In this document: positions 27,909 through 37,183 of the stretch, one piece after another
How positions within the stretch are numbered: position 1 is the stretch's first letter
How the letters are laid out: each line of letters starts with the position of its first letter
Assembly (NCBI GenBank): GCA_012799695.1
Contig: JAAZKT010000006.1
Span: 1 to 60,119 of the forward strand
From: Clostridiaceae bacterium
GTDB taxonomy: Bacteria > Bacillota > Clostridia > Saccharofermentanales > DTU023
Direction: 5' to 3'
DNA length: 60,119 bases
Notes under the pieces: generated by a model
What the model was told of the DNA's origin: nothing
Databases searched by the model: none
The model's input: the letters and a program-made list of their open reading frames with translations, nothing else
Translations under genes and position numbers: made by a program

Positions 27909-29471
27909 CTAACATAAAAGAAGTGAGCGTCCGGTCATCCAGGGCGATCGCTCTAATCCTAAAAGCTCAAGCATCGTCGGCGCAAGATCCGCCAATCTTC
28001 CATCGGAAAGGTCGCATTGATCTAGCCCCGCTCCGATGAGCCAAACATCGTTTGTCGTATGAGCCGTGAATGGACCTCCGTTGACTAGATCGATCATCTC
28101 CTCAAGGTTGCCGTGATCTGCCGTGATGAGTGCCACGCCGCCTTTCGCCAGTATCGCGGGAACGACTCTAGAAAGGCACTTATCAACTGTTTCCATTGCG
28201 CGGCAAGCCGCGTCGTACACACCGGTGTGACCGACCATATCGCCGTTTGCGTAATTCAAGATGATGACATCCTGCGAATCGCCGTCGAGCGTCTCCAACA
28301 ACTTATCCGTCACTTCGGGCGCACTCATCTCGGGCTGAAGATCGTACGTTTCAACTTTCGGGGACGGGACGAGAATGCGCTCTTCCCCGCGATACGGTTC
28401 TTCTCTGCCACCGTTGAAGAAAAAAGTGACATGAGCGTATTTTTCCGTCTCCGCGATGCGGAGTTGATGCAGTCCGGCATCGGATACGACTTCACCGAAT
28501 GTTCCCGTTAATTCTTCCGGCGGATACGCTGTCGCATAGTCGGGAAACGTACTGAAATCCGCGCTGTACTCAGCCATGCCCACGTAATGAAGCCCTAGAG
28601 GAGATTTGATAACGGGAAATTTGTCGAACTCCGGTTGACAAAACGCCCTCGTCAGTTCGCGTGCGCGATCGGGTCTGAAGTTGATAAAGATGAAACTGTC
28701 ACCTTCTTGAATGGGAGCGATCGGATCGCCGCGCTCATCGACCATCAACACGGGCACGATAAACTCATCTGTAACTCCCTGCTCGTACGATGCGCGAATC
28801 GCTTCGACAGGGTCGCGTGCACGCACACCGTCGAAATCGACAGCCGTGAGACACCGGTATGCTTTCTCCACGCGATCCCATCGATTGTCACGATCCATGG
28901 CGTAGTAGCGACCGGAAAGAGTCGCGACGCGACCAACTCCAACTACATCAAGCCGGTCAAGCAGCGCGGTCATGTAATGGACCCCCGATTCGGGCGGTGT
29001 GTCGCGCCCGTCGAAGAATGCGTGGATCGCGACATCTTCCACACCTTCGCGCTTCGCCATGTCGACTAGTGCAAAAAGGTGCTCAAGGTGACTGTGGACA
29101 CCGCCGTCCGATAACAAACCCGCAAGATGGAGCGTCTTTTCATTTGACGAAGCGCGAGCCATCACGGAGCGCAATGCTTCGTTCTCGAAAAATGTCCCGT
29201 CTTCTATGGCATTGCTGATTCTCAGAAGATCCTGATAGACGATACGACCGGCTCCGATATTCATATGTCCGACTTCGGAGTTACCCATCTGACCGTCCGG
29301 CAAACCGACGTCGCTGCCGCTCGTCTTGATTCTAGCGACAGGCCACTCTGTCAACAAACGATCCAAGAACGGTGTATCGGCAGCTAATACTGCATTCCCG
29401 AAGGGGTCATCCGATATGCCCCATCCGTCTAGAATAATCAGTGCTACGGGGCGTCGATTTTTTAATTCCAT
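27909..29471 (-). CDS. gpmI: 2,3-bisphosphoglycerate-independent phosphoglycerate mutase
   Basis: I prefer ATG 29471 (MELKNRRPVALIILDGWG...) to the TTG at 29522, which would overlap the upstream gene. Motifs LSDGGVHSH and ITADHGN. Confidence 0.93.
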   Translation of the reverse strand: MELKNRRPVALIILDGWGISDDPFGNAVLAADTPFLDRLLTEWPVARIKTSGSDVGLPDGQMGNSEVGHMNIGAGRIVYQDLLRISNAIEDGTFFENEALRSVMARASSNEKTLHLAGLLSDGGVHSHLEHLFALVDMAKREGVEDVAIHAFFDGRDTPPESGVHYMTALLDRLDVVGVGRVATLSGRYYAMDRDNRWDRVEKAYRCLTAVDFDGVRARDPVEAIRASYEQGVTDEFIVPVLMVDERGDPIAPIQEGDSFIFINFRPDRARELTRAFCQPEFDKFPVIKSPLGLHYVGMAEYSADFSTFPDYATAYPPEELTGTFGEVVSDAGLHQLRIAETEKYAHVTFFFNGGREEPYRGEERILVPSPKVETYDLQPEMSAPEVTDKLLETLDGDSQDVIILNYANGDMVGHTGVYDAACRAMETVDKCLSRVVPAILAKGGVALITADHGNLEEMIDLVNGGPFTAHTTNDVWLIGAGLDQCDLSDGRLADLAPTMLELLGLERSPWMTGRSLLLC

Positions 29472-29490
29472 TCGTTCAATTACACTTTCA

Positions 29491-31434
29491 TTAAATGTTC
29501 GCAATAACCGCAAATTCGTCAAGTTTCAGGGAAGCGCCTCCGACGAGGCCACCGTCAACGGCTGATTGCGCGAACAACCCGGCGGCATTCTCGCTGTTAA
29601 TCGACCCGCCGTAGAGTATCTTCACGATCGAAGCCGTCTCGGGAGAATAAAGTTTTTTGAGGACCTCACGGATTAAAAGACACGCTTCTTGCGCCTGCTC
29701 TTCCGTCGCGACATCGCCGGTACCGATCGCCCAGATTGGCTCATACGCCACCATCACCTGGCAAAGCGAATTCTCCGGTACACCTTCAAAGGCTCGCTCA
29801 ATTTGCGAGACGAGGTGTTCCGTCGTCTCACCGGCACGACGCTGTTCCTTAGATTCTCCACAGCAGACGATCGGGCGTACGCCCCATTCAAGTGCCGCAA
29901 GCAACTTTTTGTTGACGAGTTCGTCCGTCTCACCCGCATAAGCGCGACGCTCGGAATGACCGATAATCACATACGGGACGTGCATGCGCGCGAGGGCATA
30001 CATCGACACTTCACCCGTATAGGCTCCGGCGTCATGATGACAGCCGTTTTGAGCGGCGATACGGATCGGCGTACCGCTACAAAATGACACTGCGGCATCG
30101 AGCGCCGTATACGGAACGCCGACGATCACTTTTGCCTTCGATTCGGTTACGAGCGGTAACAGTTTTTCAAGAAATGCTGTCGCTTCGGACGGCACTTCGC
30201 GATTCATTTTCCAATTCCCCGCCGCGACGAGTGAACGCGGGTCGCGGTCAAGCAAACAATCGATACCGGGCAGGACTTTGCCTTCCAAAAATTCAAGAGA
30301 GGCGCCACCGCCCGTGGATACGTGCGCCATCTTCGCAGACAGTCCGTATTTTTCTACGGCCGCCGCCGAATCGCCGCCACCGATGATGGACACGGCATTC
30401 GAGTCCGCTATAGCTTGTGCGATCGAACGTGTACCCTTACTGAACGCTTCAAATTCAAAGACGCCGAGAGGGCCGTTCCACACGATCGTTCCCGATTGGC
30501 GAATGGTCTCCACAAAACGCTGGACCGTCTCGGGTCCGATATCGAGTCCCATTGTATCGTCAGGAATCTCACTGACCGCGACGATTGTCGGCGTCGCATT
30601 TTCCCCAAAGTGATCGGCAACGACCGTATCGGTCGGCAACAACAACCGGACACCTTTCTCAGCAGCAAGTTCCAAGAGCTCTTTAGCAAGGTCGATTTTG
30701 TCCACTTCGCAAAGCGAGGTTCCGACCGAATGACCCTGTGCGGCAAGGAATGTGTAAGCCATTCCGCCGCCGATCAAGAGATTGTCGACATTGTTCATCA
30801 GGTGACGAATGACTCCGATTTTGTCAGAAACTTTCGATCCCCCGAGAATCGCCGTTAGCGGACGAACGGGGTCAGCGACAGCTTTGCCGAGCATTTCAAG
30901 CTCGCGGTTGATCGTATAACCTGCGACAGCAGGAAGGAATGAGGCGACTCCCGCAGTCGATGCGTGAGAGCGGTGAACAGCACCGAAAGCGTCACTCGCG
31001 TAAATCTCCGCCATCGAGGCAAGTTTCTTCGCAAAATCCGGATTGTTTTTCGTCTCTTCCTTGTGGAAACGCACGTTCTCGAGAAGCAGAATCTCGCCGT
31101 CTTTAAGCGCCGCCGCTTTGGCAATCGCATCGTCTCCGATAACATCTTCCGCCATCGTGACCTCACGGTTCAAAAGCTTCGACAACCGCACCGCGACGGG
31201 TTCAAGTGACAGTGCTTTGTCAAACCCTTTTGGACGACCGAGATGTGACACGATGATCAGACGCGCACCGCGTTCAACGAGAGCGCGGATTGTCGGAAGA
31301 GCGGCGCGAATGCGCCTATCGTCCGTAATTTCGTTTGTCTTTTTATCGAGTGGAACGTTAAATTCCGCACGCAACAATACGCGTTTACCCTTGACTTCCA
31401 CATCGTCAATTGTTTTTTTGTCGTAAATGATCAT
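29491..31434 (-). CDS. pgk: Bifunctional phosphoglycerate kinase / triosephosphate isomerase fusion protein
   Basis: Single 647-aa ORF. Residues 1 to about 397 are PGK (KRVLLRAEFNVPLD, SHLGRPKG, STGGGASLEFLEG). Residues from about 401 are TIM (VAAGNWKMN, IIGHSERR, AYEPIWAIGTG). The junction is near nt 30234, with no stop or Met at the junction. Confidence 0.92.
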   Translation of the reverse strand: MIIYDKKTIDDVEVKGKRVLLRAEFNVPLDKKTNEITDDRRIRAALPTIRALVERGARLIIVSHLGRPKGFDKALSLEPVAVRLSKLLNREVTMAEDVIGDDAIAKAAALKDGEILLLENVRFHKEETKNNPDFAKKLASMAEIYASDAFGAVHRSHASTAGVASFLPAVAGYTINRELEMLGKAVADPVRPLTAILGGSKVSDKIGVIRHLMNNVDNLLIGGGMAYTFLAAQGHSVGTSLCEVDKIDLAKELLELAAEKGVRLLLPTDTVVADHFGENATPTIVAVSEIPDDTMGLDIGPETVQRFVETIRQSGTIVWNGPLGVFEFEAFSKGTRSIAQAIADSNAVSIIGGGDSAAAVEKYGLSAKMAHVSTGGGASLEFLEGKVLPGIDCLLDRDPRSLVAAGNWKMNREVPSEATAFLEKLLPLVTESKAKVIVGVPYTALDAAVSFCSGTPIRIAAQNGCHHDAGAYTGEVSMYALARMHVPYVIIGHSERRAYAGETDELVNKKLLAALEWGVRPIVCCGESKEQRRAGETTEHLVSQIERAFEGVPENSLCQVMVAYEPIWAIGTGDVATEEQAQEACLLIREVLKKLYSPETASIVKILYGGSINSENAAGLFAQSAVDGGLVGGASLKLDEFAVIANI

Positions 31435-31582
31435 TATGCTATCCTCACTTTAAAAAGGTTTCACCGGCATCACCGGCTGATTATCAAATTATCGGCATAT
31501 CAATTGTTAAACCAACGCATTCAGTTTACCCTTATTGCGTACGGCTTGCAGTTATGTATTTGTACATTATTTTTTATTTGAA

Positions 31583-31599
31583 TTGACTTGTTTTGTCAA
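31583..31599 (-). promoter_or_regulatory. Inverted repeat overlapping a candidate -35 upstream of pgk-tpiA
   Basis: TTGAC (31583-31587) / GTCAA (31595-31599) palindrome. On the minus strand, TTGACA (complement of 31594-31599) sits 17 nt from TAAAAA. Confidence 0.3.
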
Positions 31600-31631
31600 A
31601 ATGACGGGAACAAACACTTTGGGCGCCGGTT

Positions 31632-32513
31632 TCAGATTAAATGCGTGAAAGAAGTATGACGATCGTACATCGGTGCGTGATGATCGGTTCGCCCGTGACA
31701 ATCCGATCCGGCAGTGCGAATCATCCCAAACTCTGAAGCGATATCGGCGAGAAGGCGTTGCTCTTCCGGGGTCGCCTTACCGTGAAAACACTCAATTCCG
31801 GTCAGGCCTTCTTCCGCCAATTGAACGATCCGTTCGCGGAGTTTCTTGCGCGTTGAAGGCAACCCCGGGTTATCAGTCCAACCGTAAAGATGGGGATGAG
31901 CAATTACGCTCAAGCCGCCGGCACGTGCGATTTCACGACATGTCTCCCTGACTGAGCGTCGCGTTCTGGGAATGAATGCCGGCTTACCATCGCCGAGCAA
32001 TTCTTGAAACGCATGGGTGACAGAGCGACAAAATCCGTGTTCAACGAGCCAAAGCGCCATGTGAACGCGTCCGGGGAGCGTATTCTCCTCGCCATAATGC
32101 ATAAGATCATCGAGTCGAATGTCATAACCGAGCGATCTCAATTTCTCAAGCATCGCATGATTACGACGCTCACGGCTCTTTGCCTGTTCTTCGATATATG
32201 CGGAAAGTCCGGGCGGATCGTATTCCGTGAAATAACCTAAAATATGAATTTCACAATCGTCCTGCATCACACTGAATTCAATGCCGGGAACGAATAAGGG
32301 CGGATAATTTACGGAGCTTCCACGATCTTCGCACTGTGACAACCGCCCGAGCTGTTTCAGTGATTCGACAATCTCTCCCGTCCCCGCCATCGTATCGTGA
32401 TCTGTCAGCGCAAACGCTTTCAATCCGTTCTTCACAACGTTCGCCACGACTTCAAACGGCGTCTCTGCTCCGTCGGAATACGTTGAGTGCAAGTGGAAGT
32501 CAACACCTCCCAT
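31632..32513 (-). CDS. PHP-domain metal-dependent phosphoesterase (TrpH/YciV-like)
   Basis: GVDFHLHSTYSDGA near the N-terminus, then LTDHDT, IAHP and GSDCHG His/Asp motifs. The start is uncertain: ATG 32513 (chosen) or GTG 32570 (track). Confidence 0.75.
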   Translation of the reverse strand: MGGVDFHLHSTYSDGAETPFEVVANVVKNGLKAFALTDHDTMAGTGEIVESLKQLGRLSQCEDRGSSVNYPPLFVPGIEFSVMQDDCEIHILGYFTEYDPPGLSAYIEEQAKSRERRNHAMLEKLRSLGYDIRLDDLMHYGEENTLPGRVHMALWLVEHGFCRSVTHAFQELLGDGKPAFIPRTRRSVRETCREIARAGGLSVIAHPHLYGWTDNPGLPSTRKKLRERIVQLAEEGLTGIECFHGKATPEEQRLLADIASEFGMIRTAGSDCHGRTDHHAPMYDRHTSFTHLI

Positions 32514-32584
32514 GATAGAGGAAGTATCAAGAAAATCAGCGAGAAGATCTCGATCTCGATGACATATCACCTTCAGGGCGTCCT

Positions 32585-33616
32585 TTACTCTTCAGAGCCT
32601 GTGTCAAGCTCCGGCTCTGTTTCAGAGTTCAAATCAGTTGTTTCCGCGATAAAAAACCGCGGACGCCCTTTGACTTCGCGGAAGAGACTCGCCACATAAA
32701 GACCCAAGAGTCCTAAACTGATCAGAACGATGCTACCTATAAGGAGTTGAAGTAAAATGACTGTTGTAAAACCGGTCGCCGCATTACCGCCGAAATACCG
32801 AACGAGTGTTTGAACGGCTAAAACGAAAAACATCACGAGGAAAATGACGCCCAAACCACTGATTAGTATGAGCGGACGCGACGAAAAGCTGATCACGGCG
32901 TTTAAAGACAGCCTAGCGAGCTTGAGAAAACCCCATTTACTCCCTCCGGCTTTACGTTCGTCGACCTCAAATGGGAACGTAATGCGTTTAAACCCCATCC
33001 AAGAGGACAAAGCGCGGAAAAATGTATCGCGCTCCGTAAATGTATTCCAGTAATCAACAACTTTTCGGTCGAGAAGTTTGAAATCGGATGCATCTTTCAA
33101 CCGGATACCTGATAATTTAGCAAAAATTCCGTAGAACAGATTGGCAGTAAAGCGCGAGAATCGCGACTCCTTCCCGCGCGATGTCTTGACACCTTCAACA
33201 ACCTCATAACCTTCACGCCAAAGAGCTATCATCTCGGGAATGTAGCGCGGAGGATGTTGCAAGTCTCCGTCCATCAAGATCACGGCATCGCCTTTTGCCT
33301 CGGCGAGACCGGCACAGATCGCGGCTTCCTTGCCAAAATTGCGGGACAAACGAATGGCTCTCACGTTTGAAGATTTCATTGAATACTTCGACAGCTCCTG
33401 CCATGTCGAGTCGACAGAGCCGTCATCAATGGCTACAATTTCATACGCTATATCGAGTGTTTGCAATACGCGCTCTGTCGTTTCGAGCGTCATAAATATT
33501 TGCTCTGATTCGTTGTAAAAGGGAATGACAACAGAGATAAAATCAACATCGCGTTTTTCAACGCGATGTTCCACCGAATCGTACTCGTTTGTTAATGTCG
33601 AACGTGGCATGTCCAC
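32585..33616 (-). CDS. Family 2 glycosyltransferase, polyprenyl-phosphate sugar transferase type (GtrB/ArnC-like)
   Basis: VVIPFYNE, AIDDGSVD and LMDGDLQHPP motifs, plus two C-terminal TM helices. Confidence 0.85.
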   Translation of the reverse strand: MDMPRSTLTNEYDSVEHRVEKRDVDFISVVIPFYNESEQIFMTLETTERVLQTLDIAYEIVAIDDGSVDSTWQELSKYSMKSSNVRAIRLSRNFGKEAAICAGLAEAKGDAVILMDGDLQHPPRYIPEMIALWREGYEVVEGVKTSRGKESRFSRFTANLFYGIFAKLSGIRLKDASDFKLLDRKVVDYWNTFTERDTFFRALSSWMGFKRITFPFEVDERKAGGSKWGFLKLARLSLNAVISFSSRPLILISGLGVIFLVMFFVLAVQTLVRYFGGNAATGFTTVILLQLLIGSIVLISLGLLGLYVASLFREVKGRPRFFIAETTDLNSETEPELDTGSEE

Positions 33617-33622
33617 AGTATT

Positions 33623-35413
33623 CTAATCAAGGGGAAGAACACGTTTGACGAGAGCGGGGGTCTCGGAGTACTTCATCAAATTGACGATATGTACGCCATT
33701 ACGACTTGTCGCGTGAATCATCTGATCGTTGCCAACGTAAATACCAACATGGTGGTAACCTGTCCCCTTGCTGAAAAAGATGAGGTCGCCCAGCAACAGC
33801 GGCGAGAAGTCACGCCCGGAGAACGACACTTTCGTACCATAATACTGCGCCTGTCCCGTAGCGCCGTGGAACATATTGTAGCCGACCGCACTGTAAGCGT
33901 ATTTGACGAGTCCGGAGCAATCGACGCCACGCGTTGTAGCGCCTCCTCGGATATAGGGTGTCCCCAAGAGCGAACGCGCAACTTCTACGACCTGCTTTCT
34001 TCGCGCCGCATTTTTGTCATTAGTAGGCGTCGTTGGCGAAGGCTCGTTCGTTCCTGAGCTTGTCGGCTTCGTGTTGATAATCAAATCAGAGCTGATATAC
34101 CCTCGCTTACCTTCCGAGTATTCGATAAAAGTCCATCCCGTCCCTACGGCAATTTTTTTCAATGAAGTGCCGAATCGGAGGACGGTCAAAATAGAGGAGT
34201 TCGTGTTCGGCTTTGAGCGTATGTTGGCGTATCCCGTATTGACATAAACGGTTCCAGATGCTTTCTTGAAGCCGCTCGGGGCAGGCTCAAGCGTTGTCAA
34301 GAGTTCGCCGTAAACGTAACCGATTGTGCCATCGCGCAGTTTCACCTTTGACCATGTGCCATTTGTCTCCAACTCCGTCAAACGCTCATCGAGACGCACT
34401 TGTCCGATGATGGCAGAGTCGGTCGTCGCCAACTCTCGCACATTTGCAACACCGGTGTTAACATAAATCGCTCGATTCGTTTTAACAAAAGGATCGACCG
34501 GGGGTGTCTCACGAATCAGATCGTTACGGATATAGGCGGTGATGCCTCCTTCCGTTTTGATACGCGACCAGCCGCCGTTCGTTGCTATTTGATAGACTTT
34601 CTCGTCTCTGTAAGCTACTGATATTCTCTCCGAATCTGTCGTCGGACCTTCCCGCAAGTTGGCGGCATCGGTATCGATGTACATATATCGCCCCATACCG
34701 ATCTCTTCGACGACATTGTCGGGTTGAACGGGACCGAACAGCTCATTCAACATATAGCCTTCGAGACTGTTTTCAGTCCTGATCATCGACCACTCCTCGC
34801 CCGGCTCAAGAACACGCAAAGACATGCCGCGCAGACCAAAACCCGCGATAGGATACTCCTTGCCCGGACCTTCTCTTACATACACTTGATGGTTGAGAAC
34901 GTATTGCGTGCTCCCCTTGACCGGCATACCGGTATCGGTCGTTGATGGCGACGCCTCCGAAGAACCCGATTCGTCGGGTGTCACAAGTACGATGTGGGGA
35001 TAAGGTTTCGTTGGAAGTGTAAACTCAACCGTTGATGGAGTTGATTGAGTAAACGTTGCACCGGTGCGCGGCGTCGTATCAAGCGTATACGATTCAACGG
35101 TTGCATTTTTCTCCGTTGCGTTCAAATCGGGAGAAGCGCCGCGGTCGATCTGGCCGCCTTGTTGATTCTCACCGTCCCTGAAATCTTGGAAAGGAACTTC
35201 GACGTGCTTAACGGTGGCAATGCTAACGACGAAAATCGAGACAATCAGCACGAACACTACGATCGGCAGACCGTAGAAAAGATAACGCCCGATCGATGAC
35301 TTGCCAAAGCGCTGTTTTCTTCGAACCTGCGGGCGACCGCGTCGCGATCTCAAGAAATGATCTTGCGTCGTATCATCCGGTGAGGATACTTTTTCAGAGT
35401 GAGACTCTGACAT
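33623..35413 (-). CDS. Membrane-anchored cell-wall hydrolase: four SH3b repeats plus a catalytic NlpC/P60 domain
   Basis: I prefer ATG 35413 (AAGGGA RBS) to GTG 35434. TM segment YLFYGLPIVVFVLIVSIFVVSIA. Repeated ...VNVRxGPxTxSxxI...W..V... units. The C-terminal YIRGGATTRGVDCSGLVKYAY ... GDLIFF ... YHHVGIYVG keeps the Cys/His catalytic residues. Confidence 0.85.
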   Translation of the reverse strand: MSESHSEKVSSPDDTTQDHFLRSRRGRPQVRRKQRFGKSSIGRYLFYGLPIVVFVLIVSIFVVSIATVKHVEVPFQDFRDGENQQGGQIDRGASPDLNATEKNATVESYTLDTTPRTGATFTQSTPSTVEFTLPTKPYPHIVLVTPDESGSSEASPSTTDTGMPVKGSTQYVLNHQVYVREGPGKEYPIAGFGLRGMSLRVLEPGEEWSMIRTENSLEGYMLNELFGPVQPDNVVEEIGMGRYMYIDTDAANLREGPTTDSERISVAYRDEKVYQIATNGGWSRIKTEGGITAYIRNDLIRETPPVDPFVKTNRAIYVNTGVANVRELATTDSAIIGQVRLDERLTELETNGTWSKVKLRDGTIGYVYGELLTTLEPAPSGFKKASGTVYVNTGYANIRSKPNTNSSILTVLRFGTSLKKIAVGTGWTFIEYSEGKRGYISSDLIINTKPTSSGTNEPSPTTPTNDKNAARRKQVVEVARSLLGTPYIRGGATTRGVDCSGLVKYAYSAVGYNMFHGATGQAQYYGTKVSFSGRDFSPLLLGDLIFFSKGTGYHHVGIYVGNDQMIHATSRNGVHIVNLMKYSETPALVKRVLPLD

Positions 35414-35467
35414 AATAATTCCCTTTCCAAGCACAATAACGCCGACAGACGTTGTCCGCTTGTCGCT

Positions 35468-35496
35468 ATTATAACAATAGAAAGTCAGACCATCAA
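35468..35496 (-). promoter_or_regulatory. Candidate sigma-A promoter of the SH3/NlpC-P60 hydrolase gene
   Basis: On the minus strand: TTGATG (35491-35496), 17 nt, TATAAT (35468-35473) with a TGn extended -10. Confidence 0.55.
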
Positions 35497-35539
35497 CTTA
35501 CCCATATGACAAATCTGTGACTCTATAACGGTCAACGGC

Positions 35540-37150
35540 TTATCGATACGCAAGTATTTTCTCAGTCACAAGACATAAATCAAGCGTTAAAAAGCTCCCG
35601 GCAAGCAGATCGGCAACGCCTCCGCAACTCAGACGAAACTCGAAAAAATACTCGGATAGAGCCCTGAGATGCTCATGAAGATCCTCTACAGTCAGATCAA
35701 GCACTGACCGGACAAGCTCCTCACAAGTCGGTTCACTTTCAAGACCGAGCGCCGTCAATATACGTTGACGCACGTTCGTAACAGCAAACTCCCCGCCACG
35801 CTTACCGAGCGTTGTATCTTCCGTTGACACCAACAACGCAAGAACAGTTCTCTGCCCTGCCAGATCTTCGCCCTCTCCGCATTTGAGCGATTGAGACAGA
35901 AGTGGTAAACCCACATGAAAAATACTCGGAAAACCGGAGATCGCTTCTTCGCGAATCCCTCGAAGGTGAGAGTACGATAAAGTTCGCTTTGCGCGCGGCG
36001 ATGTGTATACGCTATGGTCCGCCATGTTCCGACGCACATTTTCGAAAAGCGGTGATTCGAGCGAGCCCTCAAGTGCCTGTGCAATTGAAGAAACTGTATC
36101 GGACAATAAAGCTACCGCCTTGTCCGAACATTTCTCTGTGGGCGTGCCGCCCCCCGAGCGTAAACGCCCGTTTCCTCGTAGAACCGAGGCGCCGATCAGT
36201 CCGACTGCCGCCGCTAAAATCCCCGTTATATAGATCCAGCCGCGATGCGTATTGATACCGCCCGTTGCCTGAAACATTCGTCGTTCAGCCTTCATGCCCT
36301 TCAGTCGGAGATGAAAAAAACTCATCTCGTCCTCGATGTTTTCCCATCCGGCAAGAAAGGCGTCTTTATAGTACGAGAGAATGGACGCCTGACTCTTAGC
36401 GAAGGTGAACCGATCCATATCGGAGTGGGAGCCTGAATCCGAATATGTGACAAGCCCAGGTTTCAACGACACCATCAGCTCAAAAGACGACGCTTTGCTT
36501 GCCATCGCTACGATGTCGTCAACAAGCACATCGAAAACGGCTTGTTCGAGCATATGCGTTACTTTATCCCTCAGCTCATCAGGAGAGTGAGCACGTGAAG
36601 AGCTGCAAACGGATGCCGGTTGTTCGCACAGCAGACAGCGGCGCGGCACCGCACCGATTGATGCGCGTTTAACGGGAGTGCTTTCTTCGTCCAGAACGTC
36701 GAGATCCAACAGACGACCGGCGATGGAACGCTCTTCCATCGCTATCGCCAATTCCTTTAAAGAGCGAGAAGATAAATTCGAAACAGCAAGTAATGCCTCA
36801 TCGCCGGTACGTTCTGAGAAGACGAGTTCCTCCACGATCACTGCACCTATTGCCCGCAATTGCGCCTTAAATCGCATCAAACGATCATCAAAGAAAAATG
36901 AAGACAGAGGTGTCCGTTTCACGTTCCCGGGCATATTCAGCGTGAACGACAGGATCGGCGTGCGGTGCGAAGTGCTCAGATACGCCTGTCGTTCAGCGCG
37001 CCTATCGCGCGCATCGAGTATTTCATCAAGTGAAACTTCTATTCGTTGTTGTCCGGAAATCGTGCCGTCCTCCATACTGTCCCGCATAGCCCATTCACCG
37101 ACCGCCCGATCACGATGGGCAGCTTCAATTCGTTTCTCTTCGTAATTCAA
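35540..37150 (-). CDS. citXG: CitX-CitG fusion: holo-ACP synthase (phosphoribosyl-dephospho-CoA transferase) fused to triphosphoribosyl-dephospho-CoA synthase
   Basis: The N-terminal part matches remembered E. coli CitX ([32 protein letters not shown] versus [20 protein letters not shown]). The C-terminal part has the CitG/MdcB-like [11 protein letters not shown] block. The start is uncertain: TTG 37150 (track) or ATG 37087. Confidence 0.85.
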   Translation of the reverse strand: [536 protein letters not shown]

Positions 37151-37183
37151 TCACCTGCCTGTGCAACGGACCGTTCGTGGTGT

